Source: Podarcis liolepis
Lineage: Eukaryota
Assembly: GCA_965112155.1 (NCBI GenBank)
Contig: OZ218098.1
Reading direction: 5' to 3' (one strand)
DNA: 64,000 bases
Shown here: positions 27,225 through 38,796 of the stretch, piece by piece
Layout of the letters: every line of letters begins with the position of its first letter
Numbering within the stretch: position 1 is the first letter of the stretch
Translations under genes and position numbers: made by a program
Notes under the pieces: generated by a model
Told to the model about the DNA's origin: nothing
Database searches by the model: none
What the model saw: the letters and a program-made list of their open reading frames with translations, nothing else

Positions 27225-27297
27225 CCAGTATGGACCACCTCTTCGTACTGAACATAGGCTTATAGTTGAGAATCTTTCTTCACGTGTTAGCTGGCAG
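27225..27297 (+). CDS. SRSF5A: SRSF5-like exon 5 ([25 protein letters not shown])
   Basis: cttgtag| acceptor keeps the frame (73 nt); CAG|gtgagt donor; start of the pseudo-RRM. Confidence 0.92.
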
Positions 27298-30200
27298 GTG
27301 AGTTGGAGTTGACCTTAAATACTTCTTTCTTCTCAAAAACAAGTCGTCCCCTTGAAGGAGACACCATAAAATTTAACTTTGCAGCTAAAGCAGTCAGAAC
27401 ATTTTTATTAAAACTCGGGCTTAAAGTTCTTTGATTTGCATACCAAAAAATAAGCATTTAAGCAGCATGTTTTTATTTTTAAAACTGAAGAGCTGATTAG
27501 TGTTTCTTGGACAACTATAATCCTCATCTAATAAGAATTGTGAAAAATCTATTTTAAGACATAATCTTCATAATTAAAGGCATGTCTCAGTGGGAAGGTC
27601 TGTAGTTTGTATCTGGCTTCAATAGAATGAACAGAATGACTGCATGGTTAAAAGAACTCTGTGTTCATAATGCAGGAAATTTTATGTATTACTTAATTCT
27701 AAAAGAGGTTTGTGGCTTTCATTGCATAGCTAGTGTGTGTGTTAAATAACATTCAACATATACATAACTTCACATTTAAGTATTGCCTCTATTTGGTTTC
27801 CTTGCAAAGACAATGCTTTTTTACTCTTCCTTAACTGTAAGGGGTACATGACTAACATAAACCTGAAAATTTCATGCCACAAATTAGTTTGCTTTTCAGG
27901 TGCCCACAGGACCCTTGTCTTAGAACACCAATTTCACATGCAGATTCAAAATATTTATGCTGAAATTGGATAAATGAATCCTCACTTTCAATATTTCAGC
28001 TTTCTGGCAGCTGTTTCTGGCATGTTTTCCATGCAAGTGTGGATGTGCTTGGGTAGGGAGAAGCCTATGTATACCATCTTGAGTGAAGATTATTCAAGTA
28101 TTTTACCAGGTGTATACTGGAAAAATTTGCTATCATTTGCTAGGTGGCACTTAGTCTGGCAGGTTTGCTATACCAAATAATCCCTGAAGTTCATTTTGAT
28201 TCTACTCTTTAGCAAGGCAGCAAGTCTTCAAAGTACACCAGCTTCTGTTATCATTAGCCAGTGAATCTTTAGCTGCTTCACATACCTTTCATTCTAAATA
28301 TTTAGTTGTGAAACAAAAAATGAGATTTAATTGAGCCAGGAAGTAGTGTTAAATATAGAATGTATTTTTATTAGATTTATTTATAATAGGTTTAGGCAAG
28401 TAGCATATTGTCAACTTAATAATCTGCTTTAAATTAGGTTATGGTAGCCTTCATTTTTAATAATATCTATGTGTATATCACTTCCTACAAAGGAGGAATC
28501 TGCAAACTAAAGACTTATTTTCTGCTCTTTGGCTTGCATGTATGCTAACATTTGTTGAGGCCCTGAACAATATTTCACCTATTAACTTCTGGGTATAATG
28601 GTTGCATCCACAGTGAAGACTAATTTTTTTTTATAAAAAAAGCTGATTCTGGTGTCCTGAGTTCTCTTGTAATTTCCTTTTGACTAGTTGCTGTTGTGCT
28701 TAAATGAGGGGCAATTATTACCTTGATCTTAGCACTACTGTCATCAGTGCATGATTTGTCACTTTACCTAACCTCAGTTTTGTCTTCATTTTAATTTGTA
28801 AATTTCAACATGGGGAATGCCTAGCTTTTTAACAGTGCTCTAAACATGTGTTCGTCGAACAGGGCTTTCTTTGGAACCCGAAGGAAGAAGGAAAGGGTAG
28901 GAACAGGTAAATAATTGCACAGTTCAGGAGCAAGATAGCTGTCAAGAGAATAATTGCAACAAACTATTTAGCATACTGCACAATAGCCTTAGCTGAAAGT
29001 AAAGAAACAGGGCTTACTAATATAGGAAATAAACCTGACGCAAGTTAGCCTTTGTTAGCTGATGTAGTGAACTGTAAGAATAATGAAGAGCTTAGTGTAG
29101 GATGGAGAGAAGTTCACATGGGTGATGAAGGGAAGCCTGGCGTATGCATTTGGAGTTCTCTATTTGTGTGGAAATACAGAACTCAACAGTTGAGTCCACT
29201 GTAGAACAAAATACATATATTGAACTACTTGTGTAATTTGACAGGATTAAAATTGCTGCCTTTCCAATAAGTTGCGCAGGGCAACCTACAGAGAAGTATA
29301 AAACGTGAGATGCATAGGGTACCAGTTTTTCAGTCATTTGACTTATGATCCTGAAGTCTTTTGATATCAACACAGGACTTTTTCCATAGATCAGCATTAC
29401 AGATCCCTTTTTGCATTTTAGAAAAGTTTATAAAATAACTGGGTGGGCCTGTTGTTTGGCAATTTATTATTAAGTGCCTAAATTTGAACCAGTCTCTCTC
29501 AGTCATACGAGAGGCATGGGAAGAAATAACTAAAGGGAGGAGAGTTGAACACACGCGAGTCCCGATACGTAGCATTTGTTTTACAAGTAGCTGTGTGGAA
29601 TGACCCACTGGGAAAAATCCTGGGTATGAGTCCAGTGCCACTTATTTTTAAGAACTACTCAATTGTATCTAGAGGCCATCTCACTGAGTATTCAGTTTCC
29701 AATAGAAGCCAGCCAGATACCTTCATGCTCTGCTTATATATTTCTCAGAGGCAAAAACACTTATTTTATTCCCAATATCAAAAGTATACTGTCTCTAAAC
29801 ATGAAGGTTCCATCTGTCTACTATGAATAGTCTTTCATTTATTTGGTCCCAGCCAAGTTTCAGTTGTCATTGGTTATAAATGCATGTCACTTTTGTGGCG
29901 CTTCATTCTGAGGCTTGTATCTCACAAAATTTCCCAGTACACTTTCTGGTGTTGGTAAATGCTGTACTTGTATTGTCATTTGCAGCCATTGGGAAAGCTC
30001 ATCAGGTCATTTGAGACCAGCATGTATGTGCTCTGGTGGGCTATGTCTAATACAGCTACACTGATGTTGCCTGGTGGGTGGGTGTATGATGATGTGGTGT
30101 GGTTCTTAATTTAATGGAAAATTCACTGATGTTCACTGATGTGATAGCACTTCCATCGCTGCTTTTAGACTGCTGTTTATGAAAAGCAGCTTGTATGAAG

Positions 30201-32076
30201 GCACTTCAAACCTTGCCTGGCTCTGCAGAGGTGAAATTAAAAATAGCCAGAACCATTTAGTAAGGTACTTCACACAACATCTTGCTGAGTGGAGCAACTT
30301 CTGTATGGTTCTGTTTTGAACATCCACGGTTCTGTATCCAAGTGAATGAATCAGGCCTTGGAGCAAATTAAGGCAAGGCAAGCAAACAAGGCATGTTTCT
30401 GTTCTGAACAGCATAAAAGTCATCAATTTGCCCCTGAGGGTTTTACATCACAAAGCAACATTTTCTGTTCAAATCTGTTTTGCTGCCATGATACAAACTA
30501 CCTGCTGGTTTATGGGAAAGTTGTATATGCTTTTGGGATAGGTGAGATTACCATTTGTATGAGAAACACTAAATTATTGCAGGCATTGGTTTATCTCAGA
30601 GGTTACTTAGTGCTTACAGAAACATGTTTTCTGAAAACATCATGACTTTATCCTGAGGAGATTCTGGCAAATGTTGTGATCAGAAACAAAAAAAATTGCC
30701 ATGCTGCTTCCATGGCCATTTCTTTGCCTTCACTAACTAGTACATAATGTATGCCTGGCTTCATCATTTCCATAAGCTTTGAATAGTAACAGGAAACACT
30801 TTTTAATGCATCCTTTCCCATATCAATGAAAAGCTGTTTTCAAGGTCCATTGAAATCAGTTTCTGGTTGTCTTGTCTACCTTAGTGGGATTTTGAAAACT
30901 AATACTCATCTGCTCACTGTAGCAGTCGCCCTCAGATAAGTGCCTGTCCTGTGTCTTTTTACTAGCCCTTTAAATTTAGAGCGAAAAGTGGCAAAAGTGT
31001 ACAACTGGGAGCAGTAGCGCAGGCAAGGTTTAAGTTGAGCTGGATTGTGTCCTGATGTTCAAAACTTACTAACTAGCATCTCATGTTCCTAGCATGCAAC
31101 CAAGCAAGCTTTAAGATGAGAGTGCATACATCTTCTTTTGAAGGCCAGCACATTCTGGTGTTTAAAAGTGTTCCAATCTCTTCCTCATTGATTATGACTT
31201 CCAAAATCTAGAATCCCAGTAACTTTTAATAGCACATAGTTTTTACTGCTGATTTCCCCCTAATGGCTGCAAGGTCTCCATAAGCCTAAAGCTAGGAAAC
31301 TAGATCCCTTGGCTTTCTGTGGAAAGGTGTTGCTATAAGCTACTTTAGTCTTCTAATCTAAGGTTCTTCTAACTAAGTTCTCAAGAAACATATTTGAGCT
31401 ATGAACATCTGTACAGACTATTTTGCTTGATGTTTGTAGTGTACGTAATCTTACAATAGACAAGAAATCAAATTTCAAATACATGGTATGGTTGTATTTT
31501 TAAACTTAGATGCCTGCCTTTATAGGTTTATTCACCTGTACTATCAAAGCTAATTGAATTGCATAAGGATTAATGAAAATGTTTTTTTGGCTTTGTCTCC
31601 TATTTACTGTGGATATAATCAGTTTGAAGTATTGTGAACATCATTTTGTATTGTATGATGTGAACTTTGTATTGGGGAGAGTTCAATCCTACAGATGCTG
31701 AGTACCCTGATCTTGGCATGCGCAAAACATTTGTGCTCATTGTGTGATTACAAATTTCACCATCACTAGATTTTACATGTTAGAGGGTGTGCATGCATAA
31801 ATATCAAACAGAATTTGGGCTGGAGTGCTCAGTATGTTGTAGAATTGAACCCTGCCATCAAATGTCTGCTATTAAACTTGTTTCATGTTAGGTTAAAGGC
31901 TCAGGTTTTCAGACTGTTTTATTCACATGTTAGTTTGTAAAAACTAAATTGAACTTTATTAAACACTAAATTAATTGAGGCATCCTGTAAACTGTAGCTC
32001 AGTTTTAGGCTTTTTGTTTGTATTTTTTTTCACAAATATATATCTAACCAAGTTCATTTTGAACCTCTTTTAACAG

Positions 32077-32467
32077 CCTTGCTTTGGGTTAGCCCTCGTT
32101 TCTCTTGTGTGGAGGAGAAAGAACCCAAGAGGTTGGGGTTCCTAGTGGCTGAATTTCTAGGGCTTGGCCTGTTCTGAGTTTTCCCTTTGGTACCCATGAC
32201 ACACCTATCTTGGCGATGTAGATCTTGGTTGGCCCACAGCTCGATTGGCTAGCACAGGTCAACCTCAGGTTCTAGAGCCGCTTCCGGAGACTGTGTCCAG
32301 TGCTTTCAGGGTCTCTGGTACATCTCCCTGAAGCACATTGCTATGGTCCATTCCTCTGTCCCTCCCATGTAAGGGAGTTCCTCTTGGTCTGCTAGGCAAT
32401 TATTGGACAAGCGACTCTTTGCTTAAGGTACCTGCTTATATCATCTGACCACTTGTGGTATGTTGTG
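32077..32467 (+). other. SRSF5A: Candidate poison (PTC) cassette exon in intron 5
   Basis: Branch-like TCTAAC at 32043-32048, ctcttttaacag| acceptor, in-frame TAG at 32143-32145, donors after 32427, 32457 and 32467 (GTG|GTAAGT); GC-richer island inside an AT-rich intron. Confidence 0.65.
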
Positions 32468-33053
32468 GTAAGTAGCCTATGGCTATAAAATGTCAGCTAT
32501 TCTTTGGGGCACTTTGTAAAGGTTAAGAAATAAGTCATAAACAACTTATTTTAAAATATCTTTAACACTTAGTTGTGTAGTGTTGCAGATAGACTCAAGC
32601 TCAATTACATTAAATGCAAGTCTCTGTTAAAATAACACTGAGGTTGTGACACGAACTGATGAAAGCAGAAAAGTTGTGCTTCTGCCTTTTGACAGCTTGT
32701 GACAGAATCTTAGCATTAACTTAATAAAGACATTTGTGTTTAATTTGTATAGACAAGAGGAAGAATGTTTGCAGGCAAACCTTTTAATATACAAGTAAAC
32801 TGAGACTTCATTTATGATCAAATGCTTGCATTTAATAACACCATTTGTGACATAGTTAATATATGTGGTAATCCTTTAAATGGTATGTTATATTGCCATA
32901 TCTGAACAATGTGATTAGCTTAATTTTTCTCATTATAGCTGTAATATATGGGAGTTTACTATAATTGTTAGCCATAACAAGGAGACCTGTTTAAACGCGA
33001 TTTCTTTAGTTCTATGCATCATTTTCTAAGCTGAACTGTGACTTTTACTGCAG

Positions 33054-33127
33054 GATTTGAAAGACTTCATGAGAAAGGCTGGAGAAGTTACCTTTGTAGA
33101 TGCACACAGGAACAATCCAAATGAAGG
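33054..33127 (+). CDS. SRSF5A: SRSF5-like exon 6 (DLKDFMRKAGEVTFVDAHRNNPNE-G)
   Basis: tactgcag| acceptor, |gtaaga donor, 74 nt; completes the SWQDLKD signature. Confidence 0.95.
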
Positions 33128-33528
33128 GTAAGATTTGAACTTTGCACCCAAGGTAGTTAGCTTGATTGGTTCCCAACACAATGACAGTGGTGTTAGTGTT
33201 GTTGCAACATACACAGGATCAGTAGAATAAAATGAAGCACTATACTCCTGTGCACTTCTATTTCCAGATTGGTTGCCGAGGCAACCATGCCACATTCTAT
33301 TTGGCTAGGAATAAGTGATCATGTGGAAGTTCTAAGGAAGGTACATGGAGCTTTATGTCACAATCTGAAATTAAGGATTTGGGAAATTCACACCAATGTT
33401 TACTATAACGCTGTTAATTTGAATATGAGCATTGAAGGAGGGCAGGATCATTGCTCTTCAGTAATCTAAGTAGAAAATAAGCTCTATAATATTTGAACTT
33501 AAATGTCAATTTTGTTTTGGCTGTGCAG

Positions 33529-33639
33529 TGTGGTGGAGTTTGCATCATCCAGTGACATGAAGAGTGCATTGGACAAGTTGGATGGCAGCGAGTTGAATGG
33601 GCGCAGAATTAAGCTAATTGAAGATCGCAAAAGGCGCAG
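33529..33639 (+). CDS. SRSF5A: SRSF5-like exon 7 ([37 protein letters not shown])
   Basis: ctgtgcag| acceptor, CAG|gtatgt donor, 111 nt. Confidence 0.95.
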
Positions 33640-34390
33640 GTATGTCACCATATATGAAGATCTGATGGACTTGACAAGAAACATGGCAATCAGGGCAGGG
33701 GGTGGGAAGCAAGATGTTAGGAAAATGTTGCTGCCCCAAACCTTCTCAAGGTACAATTGAACTGGATCTCTGCCCAAGTATTTCCATGATGGGAACCACA
33801 GGTAGTGACAAAAAATGCAGGGTGACAACACTTGGTATAAACAAATAATTTCTAAATTTTATAACTTTATGGAGATAGCCAGAGTGATCCCCTCCCCAGG
33901 TTTGCTAGACTCCCACTCCCATAAGCCCCAGCCAGCATGGTCAATTGGCAGGAAAGGGAGATGGAGGACACCACCTTGGCGACCCCAGTGTATGTAGTTA
34001 GAGAAATTAGAATTAGAGAAAATGGAGTACAGGCTGAGGGATCTGTATTATGCCTGCTTTCTACACCAAGCAAGCTTGTTTACTGTACAGTGGTACTGAG
34101 ATAGGGATCAAAAAAGAGCCTTAAAATTCTCAAGATTTTTTGTAGACATTGAAGTATGAGAGGGAGTCAGGGTGAAAAAGATACTTTGGGCTGCAACATT
34201 GCCTGTTGGATGAACAGAAGTCAAAGGTTCCATGTTTCTCTAAAGTTAGAGGAGAAATACCACTATAGATGGCATTTTAAAAGACGACCCAGTTGTGTAG
34301 TAGGAATATGCAAGACTGGGTGCAAAAAAATTATTTATGAATATGAATACTGGATATAGACTCTCATAAGATCTGTTCAATCTTTATCAG

Positions 34391-34640
34391 AAGCAGATCC
34401 CGTTCACGGAGTTATTCAAGATCTCGCAGCAAGTCTAGATCTGCAAGATCTTCCAAGTCAACAAGCAAGTCTCGTTCTCGAAGCCGTACCCCTGAAAAGA
34501 GGGGCTCTCGAAGCCGCACACCTGAAAGGAAGGGCTCAGAGAAAAACCACCACTCTGGCCCGCCAAATTCCTCTCCATCTCCTCCCCCAGCCAAGAAAAG
34601 GTCTCGCTCTAGGTCGAGCTCTGCTGAAAGCCGCAGTTAA
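34391..34640 (+). CDS. SRSF5A: SRSF5-like last coding exon, RS domain (SRSRSRSYSRSRSKSRS...RSRSRSSSAESRS*)
   Basis: tctttatcag| acceptor; RS dipeptides; TAA at 34638-34640; spliced CDS totals 798 nt (265 aa). Confidence 0.93.
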
Positions 34641-34809
34641 GGTATTTTGAGAGGTGTATAAATATTTCATTTCTAAGTCAAATTTTCTACAAGCCTGAAT
34701 AAGATGCAAATGGGGGTGGGGGGAGGGACAATTCATCAGGTGAGCATAGACCTCTGAAGAGAGTATGTAAACTTGCCCTCTTTATAGAGTTAGATAAATT
34801 GTAACCAAT

Positions 34810-35965
34810 AATAAAAGCAATTTAAATCGGCAAATTATAATTACCCACATGTACTATGTACTTCTCTAGGTGAAGCCTTACTGACTCAAGCAGTACACAT
34901 ATGGGAGTTTTGTCCTTATTGTTGAATATGATAAATTTAAGACATGGACTGTGGTGCCACTTTTCAGAGTCCTTTGGCTGTGCTTCTTGTTTGCACATAG
35001 AATATCTTCTAGTTAACATTGAGTAAATCACCATGGATAGTTCAGCTGACTATTAACATGCTGTTTTGAAAAGTCCCATGCAACTTCCCAATATACAGTT
35101 AACCTTTAGTAGTGCACAGGTGGGTATCTGAATTGTGAAGGAATAATTTTTCCTTATTCTTAATGAGTATTTACATTTAAAGTAGCAAGCCCGGGAATGT
35201 GTTTTAATGTGTTATCTGGTTAAGCAGATGCTGCTGTGAAATTTTTAATGCTACTTTAGAGTAAGGTCTAGTCAAGAAGTACATCTTCCACACCAAATTT
35301 TATCTGGACAGGGTACAAAGTTTCATAACCCACTTCATGATATAAAAAATCAAAACATAACGGATACTTTAATGCAGCAACTTAGGGTATTTAACCTGGC
35401 AGTCTTGCAAAGGCATTGTTTTACAGAGAATAACCTTTGTGAAATAAAAATACACCAGTTTTACTGAAGTTTTTATTTTAATATTACAAAGAGAGCGACC
35501 AGAGTGTGACACTTAAATACTGCAGGTACATGTAGTATCAGAAGCAGTAAATTGTCAAATTTAATAGGGGAAGGTTATTTTCAAACTGTCAAAACAAATT
35601 TCCAGTCAAGCTTCATGTAATGTGAATTTATTAATGCTAAAGTGTAAAAGGGCATTTTCCTTAGGTTTACAAAACATGATTTTGTTTTTGTTAGTAAGTA
35701 GTACTCTGTTAATCTTTAACAACTTTGTGATCACTAAACTATCTGGCTTCCACATACCTAAATGAGGGAATCTGCTTCAAATATTTGTAAACTGAACCCT
35801 AAAATGTTTAAATGTATTGGTGTGATACAGTAAATACAATAAATGTTTCTCCCCTGCTTCCTGCAGCTTCAGCGGTCTTTCTGTGTTGCTCATTAAAGCT
35901 ACGTTTGTAAACTTTTTTCTTTGTTAGCAACAGTTTTATTTTCAATAAAATTGATACATAATAAA
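34810..35965 (+). terminator. Multiple candidate poly(A) signals of the SRSF5-like gene
   Basis: AATAAA at 34810, 35443, 35838, 35944 and 35960; the last pair is followed by GU-rich sequence. Confidence 0.6.
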
Positions 35966-38550
35966 ATGTTACTTTGTTGGATCATTGTTCAGACTCATTA
36001 CCAAACAGAGTTACTCCTCTCCAGTGTTTATTTCCATTATCTTGGATTAAATAATTTTGAAAGATTAGGGGAGGTGTGTTTATCTGTGTAAGAAAAATAC
36101 TTGCTTATAATAATTGAGTCCCAGCCTTAATACTCGTAACACTCCAAGATTAACTTTTTTAAAAATGCTCTGTTTGTTATACACACTATAGGAAACACAT
36201 TTTTTACCAGTATCTGTTTATGGCTATAGACTTCTGCATGTAACACATGAGCTAGTGAATGCATCGTGACATCTCTCTCTTACCTTTTAAAAGCACTTTG
36301 TGTGTGGGTTAACTGTTTTCATTGGTGTCATTTTCTTATTGGAAATTGATATGCCCGCTGCTACTATTAACAGGAAAAAAGATGGGGGTACCTCTTTCTT
36401 TTCTCCACTGTACCTAAGATCAGCAAGGGGGGTTGTTTAATTCCATTCCCAACCTGCAAAACTGAGTTGAGGTAGCTGCTCATAATGTCTGATGCCTTCA
36501 TTTTGAGGATTCAGTGGTGTTCCCAGTGGACTCCTAATTGAGTTGAGGCCTTCTTTCAACATACCTATGATACGCACACCTTTCTCAAACTTCTACAACT
36601 TTTAGTTTGAATACTTGCTTTGCAAATCTGTGCAGGCCTTGCACTTCTTTCCAGTAAAGCAATTGTGTAGATTTCAGTTACCAAAGCTGACAGCTTATTT
36701 TGTTAAAAACAGCAGTAAGGCTGATTTTCCACCTAGGAGTGGGAGGTTTGCACTGAGGGGAAGCCGTGCTGAACAATTTACACCACTAGGGGATGCTCTT
36801 GATTTTTTTCTAGGCAATTCTTTTGGCCCAGATTTAGGTACATAAATCCAGAGTTGGGTTTAGGTTTCAGATATATATCAAGCACCTAGAATCCTGGAAT
36901 CTTATATGTATATATAAAATTTAGAGAGGAGGTAAAAATGCAAGAAGTAATGGATGGTTTTTATAGAAAGCTGTTTTGGGAGTAAGTGGCAAATAAACCA
37001 TTAATATGAAAGGCCTGAGTGAAAATCAGTTTTGTTTTGGTGAAATCTAAAGGCACATTTTAGTCACTAGATGGCGTTCATGCTGCAGCTGACTGATCAC
37101 TATTGCTATAACTCTTTAAAAATAGCATGCAGGCTGTAAAGTTCACCAGTTCTGTTACAAGCGTTTTAAAAAATGACCCAAAGTCAGGTCCCATGGATGG
37201 CAATAGGAGAATTAGCCACATGCTTAACTTTGGCTGGACTGCTGCACTATATATTTGTACATGTGCACATACAGCCTGGTTCTGTTTGTGTTGACTCCAA
37301 AGTTCATCAGTAACCAAGTTCAATGGGACTTGCTTCCAAGTATAGGATTCTAGCAAACGTACTTTGACCCAAGTCCTGCTGAGTTCAGTAGAGCTCCCTT
37401 CCAAGTAACGCACTGTGAGAAAGGCATATATAATGTTGTAGTTTGACTGGTCTTGGACCTAAATTAGACATGGCGTTAATTGTGTAAATGCAGTTCCCAA
37501 ACTAAAGCACTTCACACAACACTGTTGGGATCTGGGGCAGAGTCTTGCCTCTCCAATGCTCAGAGAAGCTTTTCTGTTTGAATGTAATTAAGGCTGTGGC
37601 TTATCTGAAATTCAGTGGTGGGAACTGCAGTGGTGAAATTGCCACACCTTCACTCCTCATAGGTCAGTGTAAGGTTGTTGTCTGATGGTTTGTTCTAGGT
37701 CATAAAGGATTTGCTAGAGTACTAAAAACAGGTTTCTTAATCCAGCTCTGCATGTGCGATGTTAGGGTGGCTGGGACTTGTTGCTTTCTTCAGTATGGCA
37801 TCCTCTTGATTGTGCTCAGCTTCCTATCTGTGGCCCAGCTACTCCCTAGAACGTTCTGTCGCGGAAGCTCTCTGTGTATTTGGTCATAAGCTTAAACCAC
37901 TGGGCAATATCCCACAGCAATGAGCTTTGACAATTTCTCAGGAGCTCTCCCTCTTTTCCTGCTGTGGTTGACTCGTAATACAATTCTTGCCTCACCTTGT
38001 CCTGACCCTGCAAGCCATGTCTTGAATTACTTGAATCTGTCCTGGCTGAAATGTTGTATTTCTACCCAGTCCCAAGTCTTTCAAATCGTTTTGTTCAGTC
38101 ATTTGGCTTGATATTTATCCTTGCTTTCCAAACAGGTCTTCTCTTTTAAGTCTCCTGTTGAAGATTTGCTACAACAGGTAACGGGCTTGCTTGCTTCTTA
38201 GATGCAAACTGCTTGAAGCAACTTAACTCTTAAGCATGAATGAATTTGCTGTTTGTACTTTACAAGACTGGCTTCCCTTACCTCAATGCATATTTGTTTA
38301 CATGTATCATTGGTTTATAAGCCCATGCTGCAGGGAAACTGATTTGCATATTTTACTATAACAATGCAGAATAGGAAGCCAAGGTATATGTAAACAATAA
38401 TATCAATACAATCTTCCTCTTTCATAAAAGCAGTGATTTCTGCTGAAATTAAATCACATTAATATAAATGAAGGAAAACCTATATTAAAACAGCTTTCCC
38501 TTTGGGCTAGAAACGCAGGAAAAAATTGAAAACTTTTACATATGCTATGG

Positions 38551-38796
38551 CAGGGGTAGGCAACCTAAGGCCCATGTGCCACAAGCGGCCCACAGGGGTC
38601 GTTTAACTGGCCCATGAGCTGCCCCCAAACTGAGCCACCTGCTTGGCGAGTCCCCTTGGCGAGCTTGCACTAAACCAGCGCGGCACAAGGACTCACTTCC
38701 ATGACGCCGGAAATCGCGGGCACGCGCACATGAGAGCAATCTGGCCCTCTGAGGGATCTCCGCTGGAGTGAACCGGCCCAGGCAAGGTAAACCCTG
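38551..38796. mobile_element. hAT/Charlie-type MITE
   Basis: caggggtaggcaacctaaggccc...ccctg termini (right TIR partly deleted); degenerate 8-bp TSD tgctatgg/ttctacgg. Confidence 0.7.

Noticed and set aside
26266-31712. Possible intronic C/D snoRNAs (box C-like and CTGA pairs near 26267-26342, 30086-30139, 31656-31711)
   Set aside because: Imperfect boxes, no terminal stems and no recognisable rRNA antisense elements; a snoscan or Infernal search would be needed.
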